The translations under genes were made by a program, and so were the position numbers. 64,000 nt of DNA, from IMG/VR virus record IMGVR_UViG_3300028743_000004; one strand, given 5' to 3'. Position 1 is the stretch's first letter, and each line of letters starts with the position of its first letter. Under the pieces are notes generated by a model. It ran no database searches. It was not told where the DNA came from and saw only the letters and a program-made list of their open reading frames with translations. This document shows, piece by piece, positions 17,770 through 26,026 of the stretch. The stretch is from an uncultured virus (IMG/VR IMGVR_UViG_3300028743_000004). Taxonomy: Duplodnaviria; Heunggongvirae; Uroviricota; Caudoviricetes.

Positions 17770-18003
17770 ATGAAAACTGAAGTTGGCGATGGGCTCCAAA
17801 AGCATATTTGTGAAGAATCAAATCGTTTGCGCAACATGGCAAATATGTACGCAGTCCAATACGCGGAAAGTGACGACCCAGCCGATAAGGCGAACTACAC
17901 CCGCTACAGGTTTGCGGCAGACGAAGTGCAAAAGCTGCATGCGCCGACCTGCAATGTTCTTCACGCACTCGAAGCGCAAATACCGGACAAGGTGAAGCCA
18001 TGA
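17770..18003 (+). CDS. Hypothetical protein
   Basis: GAGGTG SD; coupled to the next ORF. Confidence 0.6.
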   Translation: MKTEVGDGLQKHICEESNRLRNMANMYAVQYAESDDPADKANYTRYRFAADEVQKLHAPTCNVLHALEAQIPDKVKP

Positions 18004-18473
18004 CCACCAACCAAACGATTGACGGCGTGCCGCGTGAGCTGCTGGAGAACTTCGCCAGCTATGCCGAAGGATCTGCAAGCGGTGAAGTACAACTGTGGGT
18101 TAGGAAGCTACGCGCCCTACTGGACAAGACCGATGCCGGAATATCGGCATCTACTCAAAAGGTGGTTCCCTTAAAGTTGCTGATAGACCTGAGCAAACCA
18201 CTGGTCGAAGACGTAGATTTGCATGCGCGGATTAGTGCCCGCAATGAACTGCGCGATCTTCTAGGTGATGATGGTGTATGGGTCGCATCGGCGCCGTCTG
18301 TACCTTTCGAGCAGCACCTGAAAGTCATAAGCGGATCAGAGCAGCCCGCTCCGGTAGCGGTGGTGCTGCCTGAGCGCCGCGAGCCTACCCAGGACAATCC
18401 GTACTTGAGCGATGCCGACCGCGAATGGAACGCCTGCGTCGACGAGCTGAAACGCCTCAACCCCTCTCTGTAA
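18000..18473 (+). CDS. Hypothetical phage protein
   Basis: TIDGVPRELL N-terminus and WNACVDEL C-terminus, modules typical of phage early proteins. Confidence 0.7.
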   Translation: MTTNQTIDGVPRELLENFASYAEGSASGEVQLWVRKLRALLDKTDAGISASTQKVVPLKLLIDLSKPLVEDVDLHARISARNELRDLLGDDGVWVASAPSVPFEQHLKVISGSEQPAPVAVVLPERREPTQDNPYLSDADREWNACVDELKRLNPSL

Positions 18474-18524
18474 CCCATCCCCCTTCAAAGTCAGCCGCTA
18501 TAGCGGCTAGCTACATATGGAATG

Positions 18525-18665
18525 TCAGTTCTTCGGCTTCTGAGAGATCCCAATGACCATAAAGACGATACCGGGGATCCAGATACCGGGGATCGAGGTG
18601 GCCAGGCCCACTGCTAGAAATGACGCGCCCACAATGAACATTGGTCGTTTGATTGTGTTTTCCAT
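18525..18665 (-). CDS. 46-aa two-TM membrane protein
   Basis: MENTIKRPMFIVGASFLAVGLATSIPGIWIPGIVFMVIGISQKPKN; GGAGG SD; paralog at 19828-19971. Confidence 0.75.
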   Translation of the reverse strand: MENTIKRPMFIVGASFLAVGLATSIPGIWIPGIVFMVIGISQKPKN

Positions 18666-18737
18666 AACTCACACCCTCCATTAAGAATTTTTCACATTTA
18701 ACCATAGAGTCAGCCGCTATAGCGGCAAGGAGAGGCT

Positions 18738-18968
18738 CTACGGCGCAAATTCACCCAGGCTTTCGCGAGCTGTTGGGATCGCGTACTCAAGCAACTCTAA
18801 AGGGACATCCTGCTCGAACAAAGTCACTTCAAAGCGCAGCGTTTCGTCGTTCCTGAATATCTCAAAGATCATGTCGTTGCCGCGCCAGCACTCAATCCCC
18901 AAGCCGTCATGCCCTCTTGTCACGTCTGAGGCGGTAAAAAACGTGTATTCAACTCCGTGTACGACCAC
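18738..18968 (-). CDS. Small acidic antisense protein
   Basis: GTG after GGAGG SD; 76 aa; lies between direct repeats. Confidence 0.65.
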   Translation of the reverse strand: MVVHGVEYTFFTASDVTRGHDGLGIECWRGNDMIFEIFRNDETLRFEVTLFEQDVPLELLEYAIPTARESLGEFAP

Positions 18969-19050
18969 GTCGCACCTCCCTATCTGAGGTGGCAACGATA
19001 CCTCTCACCTCTACGAATTTGATAGCCGCTATAGCGGCAAGGACGAAGTC

Positions 19051-19479
19051 ATGCCTGAAGAAATCGTTTTGATCCAACCGCTGCCCGTGGAACGTGACGA
19101 AACTGGCTGCTGGACACACCCAGCCTGGCCCTCCACTGATGACGAGCTCATTCCATACGCTTGGTTCACAGACCGGGGCCTGGAAGTCCGTGAGCGAAAT
19201 TTCGAGGATGACGCCCCAGATGAGCTGCAAGCGGCATGGTTCGCCAGTGGCATCGCGGATTGTACGGCCTGGGCGCCGACACGGCCCGCTGGTGATGGCT
19301 GGTTCATCTTCTCGATCCACGACACCGAAGACGGCCCAGTGTGCGTATGGGTGCGGTATGTGCCGAGCCTGCAGCGAGAAGTCGACGCCGTGGCAGTTGG
19401 CAAAGAGTTCTGCGGCGCGTGCGGTGACGGTTGCGGCTCTTGCCAGGTTGCAGAGGAAAGCGCGCTGGTGACGCCATGA
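19051..19479 (+). CDS. Hypothetical phage protein
   Basis: PVERDETGCWTHP...SIHDTEDGPVCVW. Confidence 0.75.
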   Translation: MPEEIVLIQPLPVERDETGCWTHPAWPSTDDELIPYAWFTDRGLEVRERNFEDDAPDELQAAWFASGIADCTAWAPTRPAGDGWFIFSIHDTEDGPVCVWVRYVPSLQREVDAVAVGKEFCGACGDGCGSCQVAEESALVTP

Positions 19480-19530
19480 TCGCCACCCTCTGGTTCGCCT
19501 ACGCCTTCATCTACAAGGGGCCGAGGTGAT

Positions 19531-19698
19531 TCAGGAAGTCTTTGGGCTCCTGGTGTCGAACCAGAGCGCGAGCAGTATCGGCCCAAAACTTAATGAATAC
19601 ATTGGCCATACGCCAATTTTGCCCGCGCTATGCAATGCAATGGCGATGCCCCCAACGACAATGGCAACGCAGTAACCAAAAAATACAGAGCCTTTCAT
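19531..19698 (-). CDS. 55-aa two-TM antisense membrane protein
   Basis: MKGSVFFGYCVAIVVGGIAIAL...; hydrophobic. Confidence 0.6.
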   Translation of the reverse strand: MKGSVFFGYCVAIVVGGIAIALHSAGKIGVWPMYSLSFGPILLALWFDTRSPKTS

Positions 19699-19827
19699 GG
19701 TGATATCTCGAATTCCGTTTTCGAAAGCTGGATGTAAGTGGGGGCCATGATACCCACACTTCATAAGTCCAACTAGTTCATCCCCTCCCCTCTAACCTCA
19801 ATCCCCCTACATGCCTGCCGGTGAGAA

Positions 19828-19971
19828 TCAGGACTGCTTCTTGCCCTTCGCCCACCCGCAAACCATAAGAACCAGGCCGGGGATCCACAAGGCCGGCGCA
19901 GTTATCGCGAGACCGCAGATTGCCAATGGGAGTCCAGTCAAAAACAGCGGGTTTCTAAACGCCTTATCCAT
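19828..19971 (-). CDS. 47-aa two-TM membrane protein
   Basis: MDKAFRNPLFLTGLPLAICGLAITAPALWIPGLVLMVCGWAKGKKQS; flanked by the 14-bp direct repeat TGCCTGCCGGTGAG. Confidence 0.75.
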   Translation of the reverse strand: MDKAFRNPLFLTGLPLAICGLAITAPALWIPGLVLMVCGWAKGKKQS

Positions 19972-20044
19972 TTCGCGCCACCTTTAAGAATTCATCTCAT
20001 TAAACCATAAGTGCCTGCCGGTGAGCGGCGGGCGAGGTATTCCT

Positions 20045-20665
20045 ATGCCCGAAGAAACTGAAGTGCTGTATGTCGTCCACGCCCAGGGCCCCGACGATCT
20101 GTACGCGGCTGCCAGCAAAGAGGAAGCCGACACGCTGGCTGCCAAGCAGAACGAACTGGTGCCGATGGCGAAGTGCATTGTGATCGTCAGCCCATGGTCT
20201 CCGGTCGATCACTGGAAAACTCTGGCCGAACAGAATGCAGAAGACGCTAAGTACCTGCGCAGCGGCTGGCAAGCCGACCTGAACCGGCTCAACGCTGCGA
20301 AAGCTGAAATCACCGCACTGAGCAAGAACGTGATCGACATGACCCGCGAGGACTTCGATGCAACGTTGAACAACCTTCGCAGGATGGGCGCCAGCATCGA
20401 CGGCGACAACGCCTACAAGCGCGATCTGTGCGACTCGATTTTCGGGGCCCTGGCCTTCGGCGCCCAGAACACCAACCCGCCGCCGGCGGATCACTGGGGG
20501 CAGCGCTTCTGGGATATCGGCCGGGAGGAGCGCGCAATGCAGGAAGAGCTACTCGAAAGCCTATCCAACTTGGTCGGCCTGGCGAAACTCGGCGCCGCCA
20601 GGCTCGACAAGTACCACGCAGCCCTTGCCCACGCCGAGGCAGTAATCGCCAAGGCCACCCGATAA
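20045..20665 (+). CDS. Hypothetical phage protein
   Basis: MPEETEV start after GAGG SD. Confidence 0.7.
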   Translation: MPEETEVLYVVHAQGPDDLYAAASKEEADTLAAKQNELVPMAKCIVIVSPWSPVDHWKTLAEQNAEDAKYLRSGWQADLNRLNAAKAEITALSKNVIDMTREDFDATLNNLRRMGASIDGDNAYKRDLCDSIFGALAFGAQNTNPPPADHWGQRFWDIGREERAMQEELLESLSNLVGLAKLGAARLDKYHAALAHAEAVIAKATR

Positions 20666-20701
20666 CCCACCTTCTGCCGCCCAGCGCGGCAAGGACACCC
20701 C

Positions 20702-20923
20702 ATGTTCGCAACGAAACTCACCCTGATCCTGCTGGGCGCTTTGCTGTACCTGGCCGCCACCGGCTACTGGTTCACCTGGCTCGGGCCTGAACTACTCAGC
20801 ACCGGCACCACAGAGGCATTGCTCAGCGCATTCGCCGGCACCTGTGCCTGGATGCTGATCACCTTCGGCGTGGTCATCCACATCATCAAGACAGCGCGGC
20901 CCACAGCGGGCGGCGGGAGGTAA
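20702..20923 (+). CDS. Small membrane protein
   Basis: 73 aa, two hydrophobic segments. Confidence 0.7.
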   Translation: MFATKLTLILLGALLYLAATGYWFTWLGPELLSTGTTEALLSAFAGTCAWMLITFGVVIHIIKTARPTAGGGR

Positions 20924-20925
20924 TT

Positions 20926-21168
20926 ATGCAGGCAGAAATCCTGTCGGACGATGAGCTCGCCGACCTGACCGGTTACAAACACCGCGCCCACCAGCGCAAG
21001 TGGTTGAAGGACCGCAACTGGGTGTTCATTGAGAGCCGCGGCGGTCGCCCGCTGGTTGGTCGGATGTTCGCTCGTATGAAACTTGGCATGGTCAGCCCGA
21101 CGATCATTGACCCAAACCCGCCGCCGGCGCGCCCGGCATGGACGCCAGACTATTCCAGAGTGAGCTGA
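20926..21168 (+). CDS. xis: Excisionase-like protein (DUF4224-type)
   Basis: LSDDELADLTGYK...GRPLV; directly upstream of the integrase. Confidence 0.78.
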   Translation: MQAEILSDDELADLTGYKHRAHQRKWLKDRNWVFIESRGGRPLVGRMFARMKLGMVSPTIIDPNPPPARPAWTPDYSRVS

Positions 21169-21169
21169 T

Positions 21170-22219
21170 ATGCGTCCTCGAAACAAGGAATACCGACACC
21201 TACCCCCGCGCATGTATCAGCGCACAAGGAAGCGTAAAAACGGCACTACCTGGACCGCGTTCTACTACCGAGACGCAACCGGAAAGGACGTGCCGCTGGG
21301 CAAGGATTTGGACAAAGCGCGGCTGAAGTGGGCCGAGCTTGAAGCCAAGGACAAGCCCTGCGATCTAACCATGATGAAGGGAATCTTTGATCGCTACGAG
21401 CGCGACGTCATACCAAAAAAAGGCGAGCGCACCCAGAAAGACAACCTGGCCGAGCTAAAACAACTGCGTCCCATGTTCGACGGGGCGCCCATCGACTCAA
21501 TCACGCCAGCCAATATTGCTGGGTACCGCGATGCGCGCACCGCAAAGGTTCGGGCCAACCGGGAAATTGCCCTGCTCTCCCACGTATTCAACCTGGCCCG
21601 GGAATGGGGTCTTACCGAACGGGAGAACCCGTGCCAGGGCATTCGGAAGAACAAGGAAACTCCACGCGACTACTACGCCAACGCGGCAGTTTGGGATGCG
21701 GTCTACGGGATGGCAGAGCCAGAGCTCAAGGAAGCCATGGACTTGGGCTACCTGACGGGTCAGCGGCCGGCCGACGTGATCGTCATGCGCAGTGATGACA
21801 CTGAGGGGGATTACTTCCTGGTTACGCAAGGGAAGACAAAGCTGAAGCTCAGGATTCTTATGCGCACGGAGGCAGGGGAAAACAGTTTGGGGAAATTGAT
21901 TAGGGAGATAACGGAGAGGAATGCACACCACCCTTCCAAGTATCTGCTGATCAGCAAGCATGGCAAGAGGATGACGAAGGGGATGTTGCGCTTGCGCTGG
22001 GACAAGGCGCGGGACAAGGCGCAGCAAAAAGCAATCGATCAGGGAGACCAGATGCTCGCCGCGAAGATTGGCGGGTTTCAGTTTCGCGATATCCGGCCAA
22101 AGGCGGCATCGGAAATCGTCGATATTGGTGACGCAAGCCTGCTGCTGGGGCATAGCCAGCAGGAAATTACCAAGCGGGTTTACAGGAGGATTGGCGCTAC
22201 CGCGAAGCCGTCAAAATAG
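21170..22219 (+). CDS. int: Phage integrase (tyrosine recombinase)
   Basis: TGQRPAD, QGKT, FRDIRPK, LGHS, VYRR motifs; adjacent to att. Confidence 0.93.
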   Translation: MRPRNKEYRHLPPRMYQRTRKRKNGTTWTAFYYRDATGKDVPLGKDLDKARLKWAELEAKDKPCDLTMMKGIFDRYERDVIPKKGERTQKDNLAELKQLRPMFDGAPIDSITPANIAGYRDARTAKVRANREIALLSHVFNLAREWGLTERENPCQGIRKNKETPRDYYANAAVWDAVYGMAEPELKEAMDLGYLTGQRPADVIVMRSDDTEGDYFLVTQGKTKLKLRILMRTEAGENSLGKLIREITERNAHHPSKYLLISKHGKRMTKGMLRLRWDKARDKAQQKAIDQGDQMLAAKIGGFQFRDIRPKAASEIVDIGDASLLLGHSQQEITKRVYRRIGATAKPSK

Positions 22220-22299
22220 GAAAGTTCTGGAACACTTCCACAATAGTTATGGAACGCCTGACAAAAACCGCCTTTTCCTGCCCAACCCCCAGAAATGCA

Positions 22300-22323
22300 A
22301 AAGCCCCGCATCAGCGGGGCTTT
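22300..22323. terminator. Bidirectional terminator downstream of the tRNA fragment
   Basis: AAAGCCCCGC-ATCA-GCGGGGCTTT. Confidence 0.75.
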
Positions 22324-22334
22324 CGTGTAAATCT

Positions 22335-22397
22335 TGGCGGGAAACCAGGGATTCGAACCCTGGGAACGCTATTAACGTTCGCCGGTTTTCAAGACCG
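22335..22397 (-). tRNA. 3' fragment of tRNA-Ser(TGA); att core
   Basis: Minus strand has anticodon arm CGGTCTTGAAAACCGG, long variable arm, GGTTCGAATCC and a CCA end; 5' half absent. Confidence 0.88.
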
Positions 22398-22607
22398 ATA
22401 GGAAAATACAAGCAGGGATAGCCTTAGAGGCTAGGTGGCGTCCCATAACGTGAAGAAAACGACAGAGCTGGAGACCGCATTCTATCAGGGGTGCGGCTTT
22501 AGTTCTGGGACCGTTTTACAACCCTCCCCCGGCGTCCTGCCACCGAACACAAAACCAAAATCTGCTACAGCTCGTCGCCTCAAATCGCGCAACGATCAAA
22601 CCTCGAT

Positions 22608-22627
22608 TACTGTATGCGCATACAGTA
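22608..22627. promoter_or_regulatory. Perfect LexA box
   Basis: 20-bp palindrome TACTGTATGCGCATACAGTA. Confidence 0.88.
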
Positions 22628-22643
22628 TTTGGATTTACCCACC

Positions 22644-23003
22644 ATGCACATCGATGAAGACACCTGCGAGTGGCTTGACCTCCCATCGCCCCTGGAAATG
22701 TACAAACATCACGCGGCGTTGCTCGAAGACGAGATCGCCGCGCTTCATCTACAACTGCGCAAGGCCCGGGATAACGTCCGGGGCCTGGTGCAAATGAACG
22801 ACGAGCTTGCCACCGGCAAAGCCATTGCCGAGACCGCGCTTAAAAAGGCTCTTGCTGACGCGGGCAGGCTCAATCAAGAAACCTCAGAAATGGGCCGTCG
22901 CATAAATGGTCTGATGGCCGTGGTCGAACAGCGTGACCACCTGTTTAGGGAGAACCAGCGGTTGCTGATGGAGAGGAATCGCACCTCTACTGACACGCAT
23001 TGA
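22644..23003 (+). CDS. Predicted SOS-regulated coiled-coil hypothetical protein
   Basis: 119 aa directly downstream of the LexA box. Confidence 0.72.
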   Translation: MHIDEDTCEWLDLPSPLEMYKHHAALLEDEIAALHLQLRKARDNVRGLVQMNDELATGKAIAETALKKALADAGRLNQETSEMGRRINGLMAVVEQRDHLFRENQRLLMERNRTSTDTH

Positions 23004-23160
23004 CCGCTGCAACCAACTGCCGCTCATAGCCAATACGCTGCCGGCGCTCAGCCAGCAAAGCACGCACCTTAACTTCCAGGCTATCGGACTTCTTCAAGCC
23101 GGTAGCTGCCCATGGCGGCACCGCTACCTCTTTCGTCTTGCACGGCACCTGCACCGGCGT
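22987..23160 (-). pseudogene. C-terminal remnant of an ancestral o-spanin/lipoprotein
   Basis: VQVPC...WAATGLKKSDSLEVKVRALLAERRQRIGYERQLVAAVNACQ without signal peptide. Confidence 0.55.
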
Positions 23161-23182
23161 CCTGCCGACCGAACGCAACCCC

Positions 23183-23698
23183 CTATTCCCCCAGGCTGTC
23201 ATACGCCTGCTCGCAGGTCAGGCCCCGGGCTCTGGCTTGGTCAGCCACTGTTGCCAGATCACCCGCTCGCTGGTCAGCGCGTTTGAGCACGTCGGCAAGC
23301 ACCATGACGGCACGGGTAGCTGCCGCGCTTGCGGCGGCAGTGCAGGAATTGCCGCTGGCTTGACTGGCTGCGATGCGACTGGCAAGGCCGTCGGCTGCGC
23401 TGCGCAACCTGTCAGACTCACGGTTAGCAGCAGTGACAGCAGCAGCAGCGGTATCGATAAGAGCTTGGCCATTCTGGACTACCTTGTTGATCGCCTGTTG
23501 GCGGGACTGTTCTTTGGCGCGCTCTGCGGCCTCGTTGGTGGCCTGGGCGGCTTCATCACGCGCATCCCGCTCGCTCCACTTTGCCTGCCACTCGTCATTG
23601 GTGACCGTCACACCGTGGTGGTACACGCCAAACAGAGCAACAGCCACCAGCAGCAGCGCGACTATATAAGGAAGGATCTTCAGCAAGATCGTGCTCAT
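23183..23698 (-). CDS. Rz-like i-spanin (DUF2514-type)
   Basis: N-terminal TM, Ala-rich coiled coil, GLTCEQAYD end; follows lysozyme. Confidence 0.82.
   Translation of the reverse strand: MSTILLKILPYIVALLLVAVALFGVYHHGVTVTNDEWQAKWSERDARDEAAQATNEAAERAKEQSRQQAINKVVQNGQALIDTAAAAVTAANRESDRLRSAADGLASRIAASQASGNSCTAAASAAATRAVMVLADVLKRADQRAGDLATVADQARARGLTCEQAYDSLGE
23218..23472 (-). CDS. Embedded Rz1-like o-spanin lipoprotein
   Basis: Signal peptide with lipobox LTGC, Pro-rich; nested in an alternative frame of Rz. Confidence 0.75.
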   Translation of the reverse strand: MAKLLSIPLLLLSLLLTVSLTGCAAQPTALPVASQPVKPAAIPALPPQARQLPVPSWCLPTCSNALTSERVIWQQWLTKPEPGA

Positions 23699-24174
23699 GC
23701 TGAGGCCACCCCTATAGCAATTGCCTGGGTTCCAGTCTTCCCGGCAAACAGCGCAGCCTCGGCCGCCCTGCGCCGAGTCAGGCCGCGCATCGGCTTACCC
23801 GCAGCGCGGTTCCAGCGGGAAAACTGTGCTGCAGCGCCGGCCATGTCGCCAGCGTTGACCAGATTCAGCAGCGTCGAGCCTTCGAAGTTGCCCGCGCCGA
23901 GGTTGTAGACGAAGTCGACCAGCGCATCGAACTGACCCTGGTCTACCCCACCAGTGACTGCGCACGAGACCGTCAACTCGCGCTCGGCCAAGTCTTCAAG
24001 CAACTGGGCATCAGCCTTGGCCTGTGTCCATACAAGCCCCTGAGCGACTTCGGGACCAGTGTGGCCCCAGCCGATTGTCCACGGCGCTCCACCTGTGGCA
24101 GGGTCTGGATAGGCGCTCAACGAGCAGTTTTCAAAGTGCTTCAGCACGGCGATGCCGTTTTGAGATATGCGCAT
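23695..24174 (-). CDS. Endolysin, GH24 lysozyme
   Basis: FENC...YPD...WTIGWGHT, FDALVDFVYNLG, GLTRRRAAE. Confidence 0.93.
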   Translation of the reverse strand: MRISQNGIAVLKHFENCSLSAYPDPATGGAPWTIGWGHTGPEVAQGLVWTQAKADAQLLEDLAERELTVSCAVTGGVDQGQFDALVDFVYNLGAGNFEGSTLLNLVNAGDMAGAAAQFSRWNRAAGKPMRGLTRRRAAEAALFAGKTGTQAIAIGVASA

Positions 24175-24177
24175 TTC

Positions 24178-24258
24178 TCAAGCTCCATGAACAAAAACGC
24201 CGGCTTGGCGGCCGGCGTTCGGGAGGATCTGCAGCAACTGCTGCTCGGTGATTGGCAT
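24178..24258 (-). pseudogene. N-terminal stub of a GH19-type endolysin
   Basis: MPITEQQLLQILPNAGRQAGVFV then early stop; GGAG SD retained. Confidence 0.6.
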
Positions 24259-24315
24259 GGCTTTTCTCCAGGCGAAAAAAACCGCACAAGGCGGCAGAGG
24301 TCGATCGGCGATGGA

Positions 24316-24720
24316 TCAGCTCGGCTGTACTGGCCAATCGATTGTGGTGGGGAACCCGGCCTGATCTGGCACTCGATTAACGTCGACCCTGTATTGCTTC
24401 CAAAGTTTAAGGTTTGCTTTGTCGACATCGGTAGCGCTGTCGAGGTCTATCGCGTCTTGCAGCGGCGCAATGCGAAATGCTGCCAGCGTTAATAGGTAGT
24501 CGCGGCGGTCGTTAGCAATTGCGGTCAGCTCTCCCAGCGTTGGCTCCGGCTCCGGTTCCGGTTCGGGCACCAATGGCGGTGCAACTTTGAATCCGTTATC
24601 AATAGTAACTTCGAGCCCCGCGCACATCCCGTTCACGGCTTCCGCATATTGCTCTTGCGTAATTTCAATCGCATCAGAAAACGGCTCGGTGGAAATTTGT
24701 CCGTTGGCGGCGTATGGCAT
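24316..24720 (-). CDS. Tail fibre assembly protein
   Basis: IAPLQDAIDL...WKQYRVDVNRV...IDWP. Confidence 0.88.
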   Translation of the reverse strand: MPYAANGQISTEPFSDAIEITQEQYAEAVNGMCAGLEVTIDNGFKVAPPLVPEPEPEPEPTLGELTAIANDRRDYLLTLAAFRIAPLQDAIDLDSATDVDKANLKLWKQYRVDVNRVPDQAGFPTTIDWPVQPS

Positions 24721-26018
24721 TATTTGACTCTCATATAGTAAGTGACACCGATGTTTTTAGAGCGGGTCTCATTGCCGATGCGCGGAGCACCGTTTGTGCC
24801 GTCAGTGACGGGGTCGCCTGTCGTAGCCGACTGCCCGATGCCGCTCGCTGGAGCTGGGAGCTGCCAGCTTTGTGCCGAACTTAGCGATATGAATGCTGTT
24901 GCAGGGCTAAGCGGCGAATGGCGATGGCCATGCCCTTGGTCGGCCTCAATCCCACCGCTGTTACCCGCGCGCAAACTGCGCCGCTCAGTGTTGATAAGTT
25001 GCACTGTTTGCCCATTGATTGGGCTGCCGGACAAACTTACAACAGCCGTTGCAATAACAAGTGGTGCCGAACCCGTGACGCTCTCAGAAGTTAGCACTCC
25101 GGTGTTGTAAGCGTCTGCAGCCGTCATCTTGATATAGCGGTAAGCGCTGTTGTTGGTCGGTGGCTGGCTTACACCTGCGATATTATCAAACACAGCGATG
25201 GGCACACCCACTGGCTGGTAAAGCCAGGGATCGGCCGCGACTGTCGGCGGTAACGGATCACGTAATACAAAATCAGTGCCGTCGTATTCAATGTCGCCGA
25301 GCTGGCCCACAGCAAATACTGCAGCTACCTTGGCGCCAGTCGAGTCGTACTGTTTAAGGTTCTGGGTGCCCCTTCCGGACACGTTAATGGTGTCGTTACC
25401 GGTACTGTTCTGGCTGAACTTCACCCGAAATCGCAGCGGAGCTGCGTATGCGGAAATCGCTGGAACCGGAGCGAGCGTAAGCGCACCAGGAACGCCAGAA
25501 GTTGTAAACGCGGTAAAGGCCTGGGACTGGGTAGCATTTGCGAGTTTCTTTGCAGTAACAGCGGCTGCGTCATCAACGCCGGCGTTGACAATGGTCTGTG
25601 TGGCGATCTTCAACCAACCGAAAGCGGTCTCCGTCGCTTGTCCGATATAATTGGCTAGCTTTTGAGCAAGCTTAAGTGGAGTGATGGCAGTGGAGTCATC
25701 AGTCCCTGCGATAGCTTGCGGATTCGTCGACAGCTTCAAGATGCCGGCGGCTGTCTCGCTGGCTTGGCCGGCCGCACTACTTTGAACAATTTTGGCAATC
25801 GCCAGAGCCAACTGGTTGTATTGCCCTTTTGCCGGGGTTATTCCGCCGGCGGCCAAAACGTTGAGATTCTCCATCATGAGCATGTTCATAAATTCGGCGG
25901 GGAGAATCGTCGGAGCTGCGCCCGTCGCTGGGTTGCCGTCTGTGAAGAACCCCACAGTACCCGGCGAGGTGCTGGCCGGGAGTAGCGGCGCAACAGACGA
26001 GTTATCAATTTGATACAT
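24720..26018 (-). CDS. Tail fibre protein
   Basis: GFFTDGNPATG N-terminus, ASETAAG/ATETAFG repeats, ETRSKNI C-terminus. Confidence 0.88.
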   Translation of the reverse strand: MYQIDNSSVAPLLPASTSPGTVGFFTDGNPATGAAPTILPAEFMNMLMMENLNVLAAGGITPAKGQYNQLALAIAKIVQSSAAGQASETAAGILKLSTNPQAIAGTDDSTAITPLKLAQKLANYIGQATETAFGWLKIATQTIVNAGVDDAAAVTAKKLANATQSQAFTAFTTSGVPGALTLAPVPAISAYAAPLRFRVKFSQNSTGNDTINVSGRGTQNLKQYDSTGAKVAAVFAVGQLGDIEYDGTDFVLRDPLPPTVAADPWLYQPVGVPIAVFDNIAGVSQPPTNNSAYRYIKMTAADAYNTGVLTSESVTGSAPLVIATAVVSLSGSPINGQTVQLINTERRSLRAGNSGGIEADQGHGHRHSPLSPATAFISLSSAQSWQLPAPASGIGQSATTGDPVTDGTNGAPRIGNETRSKNIGVTYYMRVK

Positions 26019-26026
26019 CTAGGGCC

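Larger units (their letters stand above)
18489..19043. repeat. Three copies of palindrome GCCGCTATAGCGGC forming 19-20 bp direct repeats
   Basis: Copies at 18494, 18713, 19025. Confidence 0.9.
1..22397. mobile_element. Prophage A (partial; late-proximal genes to integrase), carries the DGR
   Basis: Lambdoid order holin-Q-nin-P-O-cro-cI-early genes-xis-int ending at a tRNA-Ser fragment; continues left of the window. Confidence 0.95.

Noticed and set aside
18511..18705. 64-aa ORF from the track
   Set aside because: The alternative frame 18525-18665 has a proper SD and a paralog
18489..19043. GCCGCTATAGCGGC repeats as a CRISPR array
   Set aside because: Repeats are too short, spacers are 200-300 bp gene-containing segments, and there are no cas genes
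22335..22397. Functional tRNA-Ser gene
   Set aside because: 5' acceptor strand and D-arm are missing; it is an att duplication
24720..26018. Tail fibre as DGR target
   Set aside because: No TR-like sequence seen in the gene
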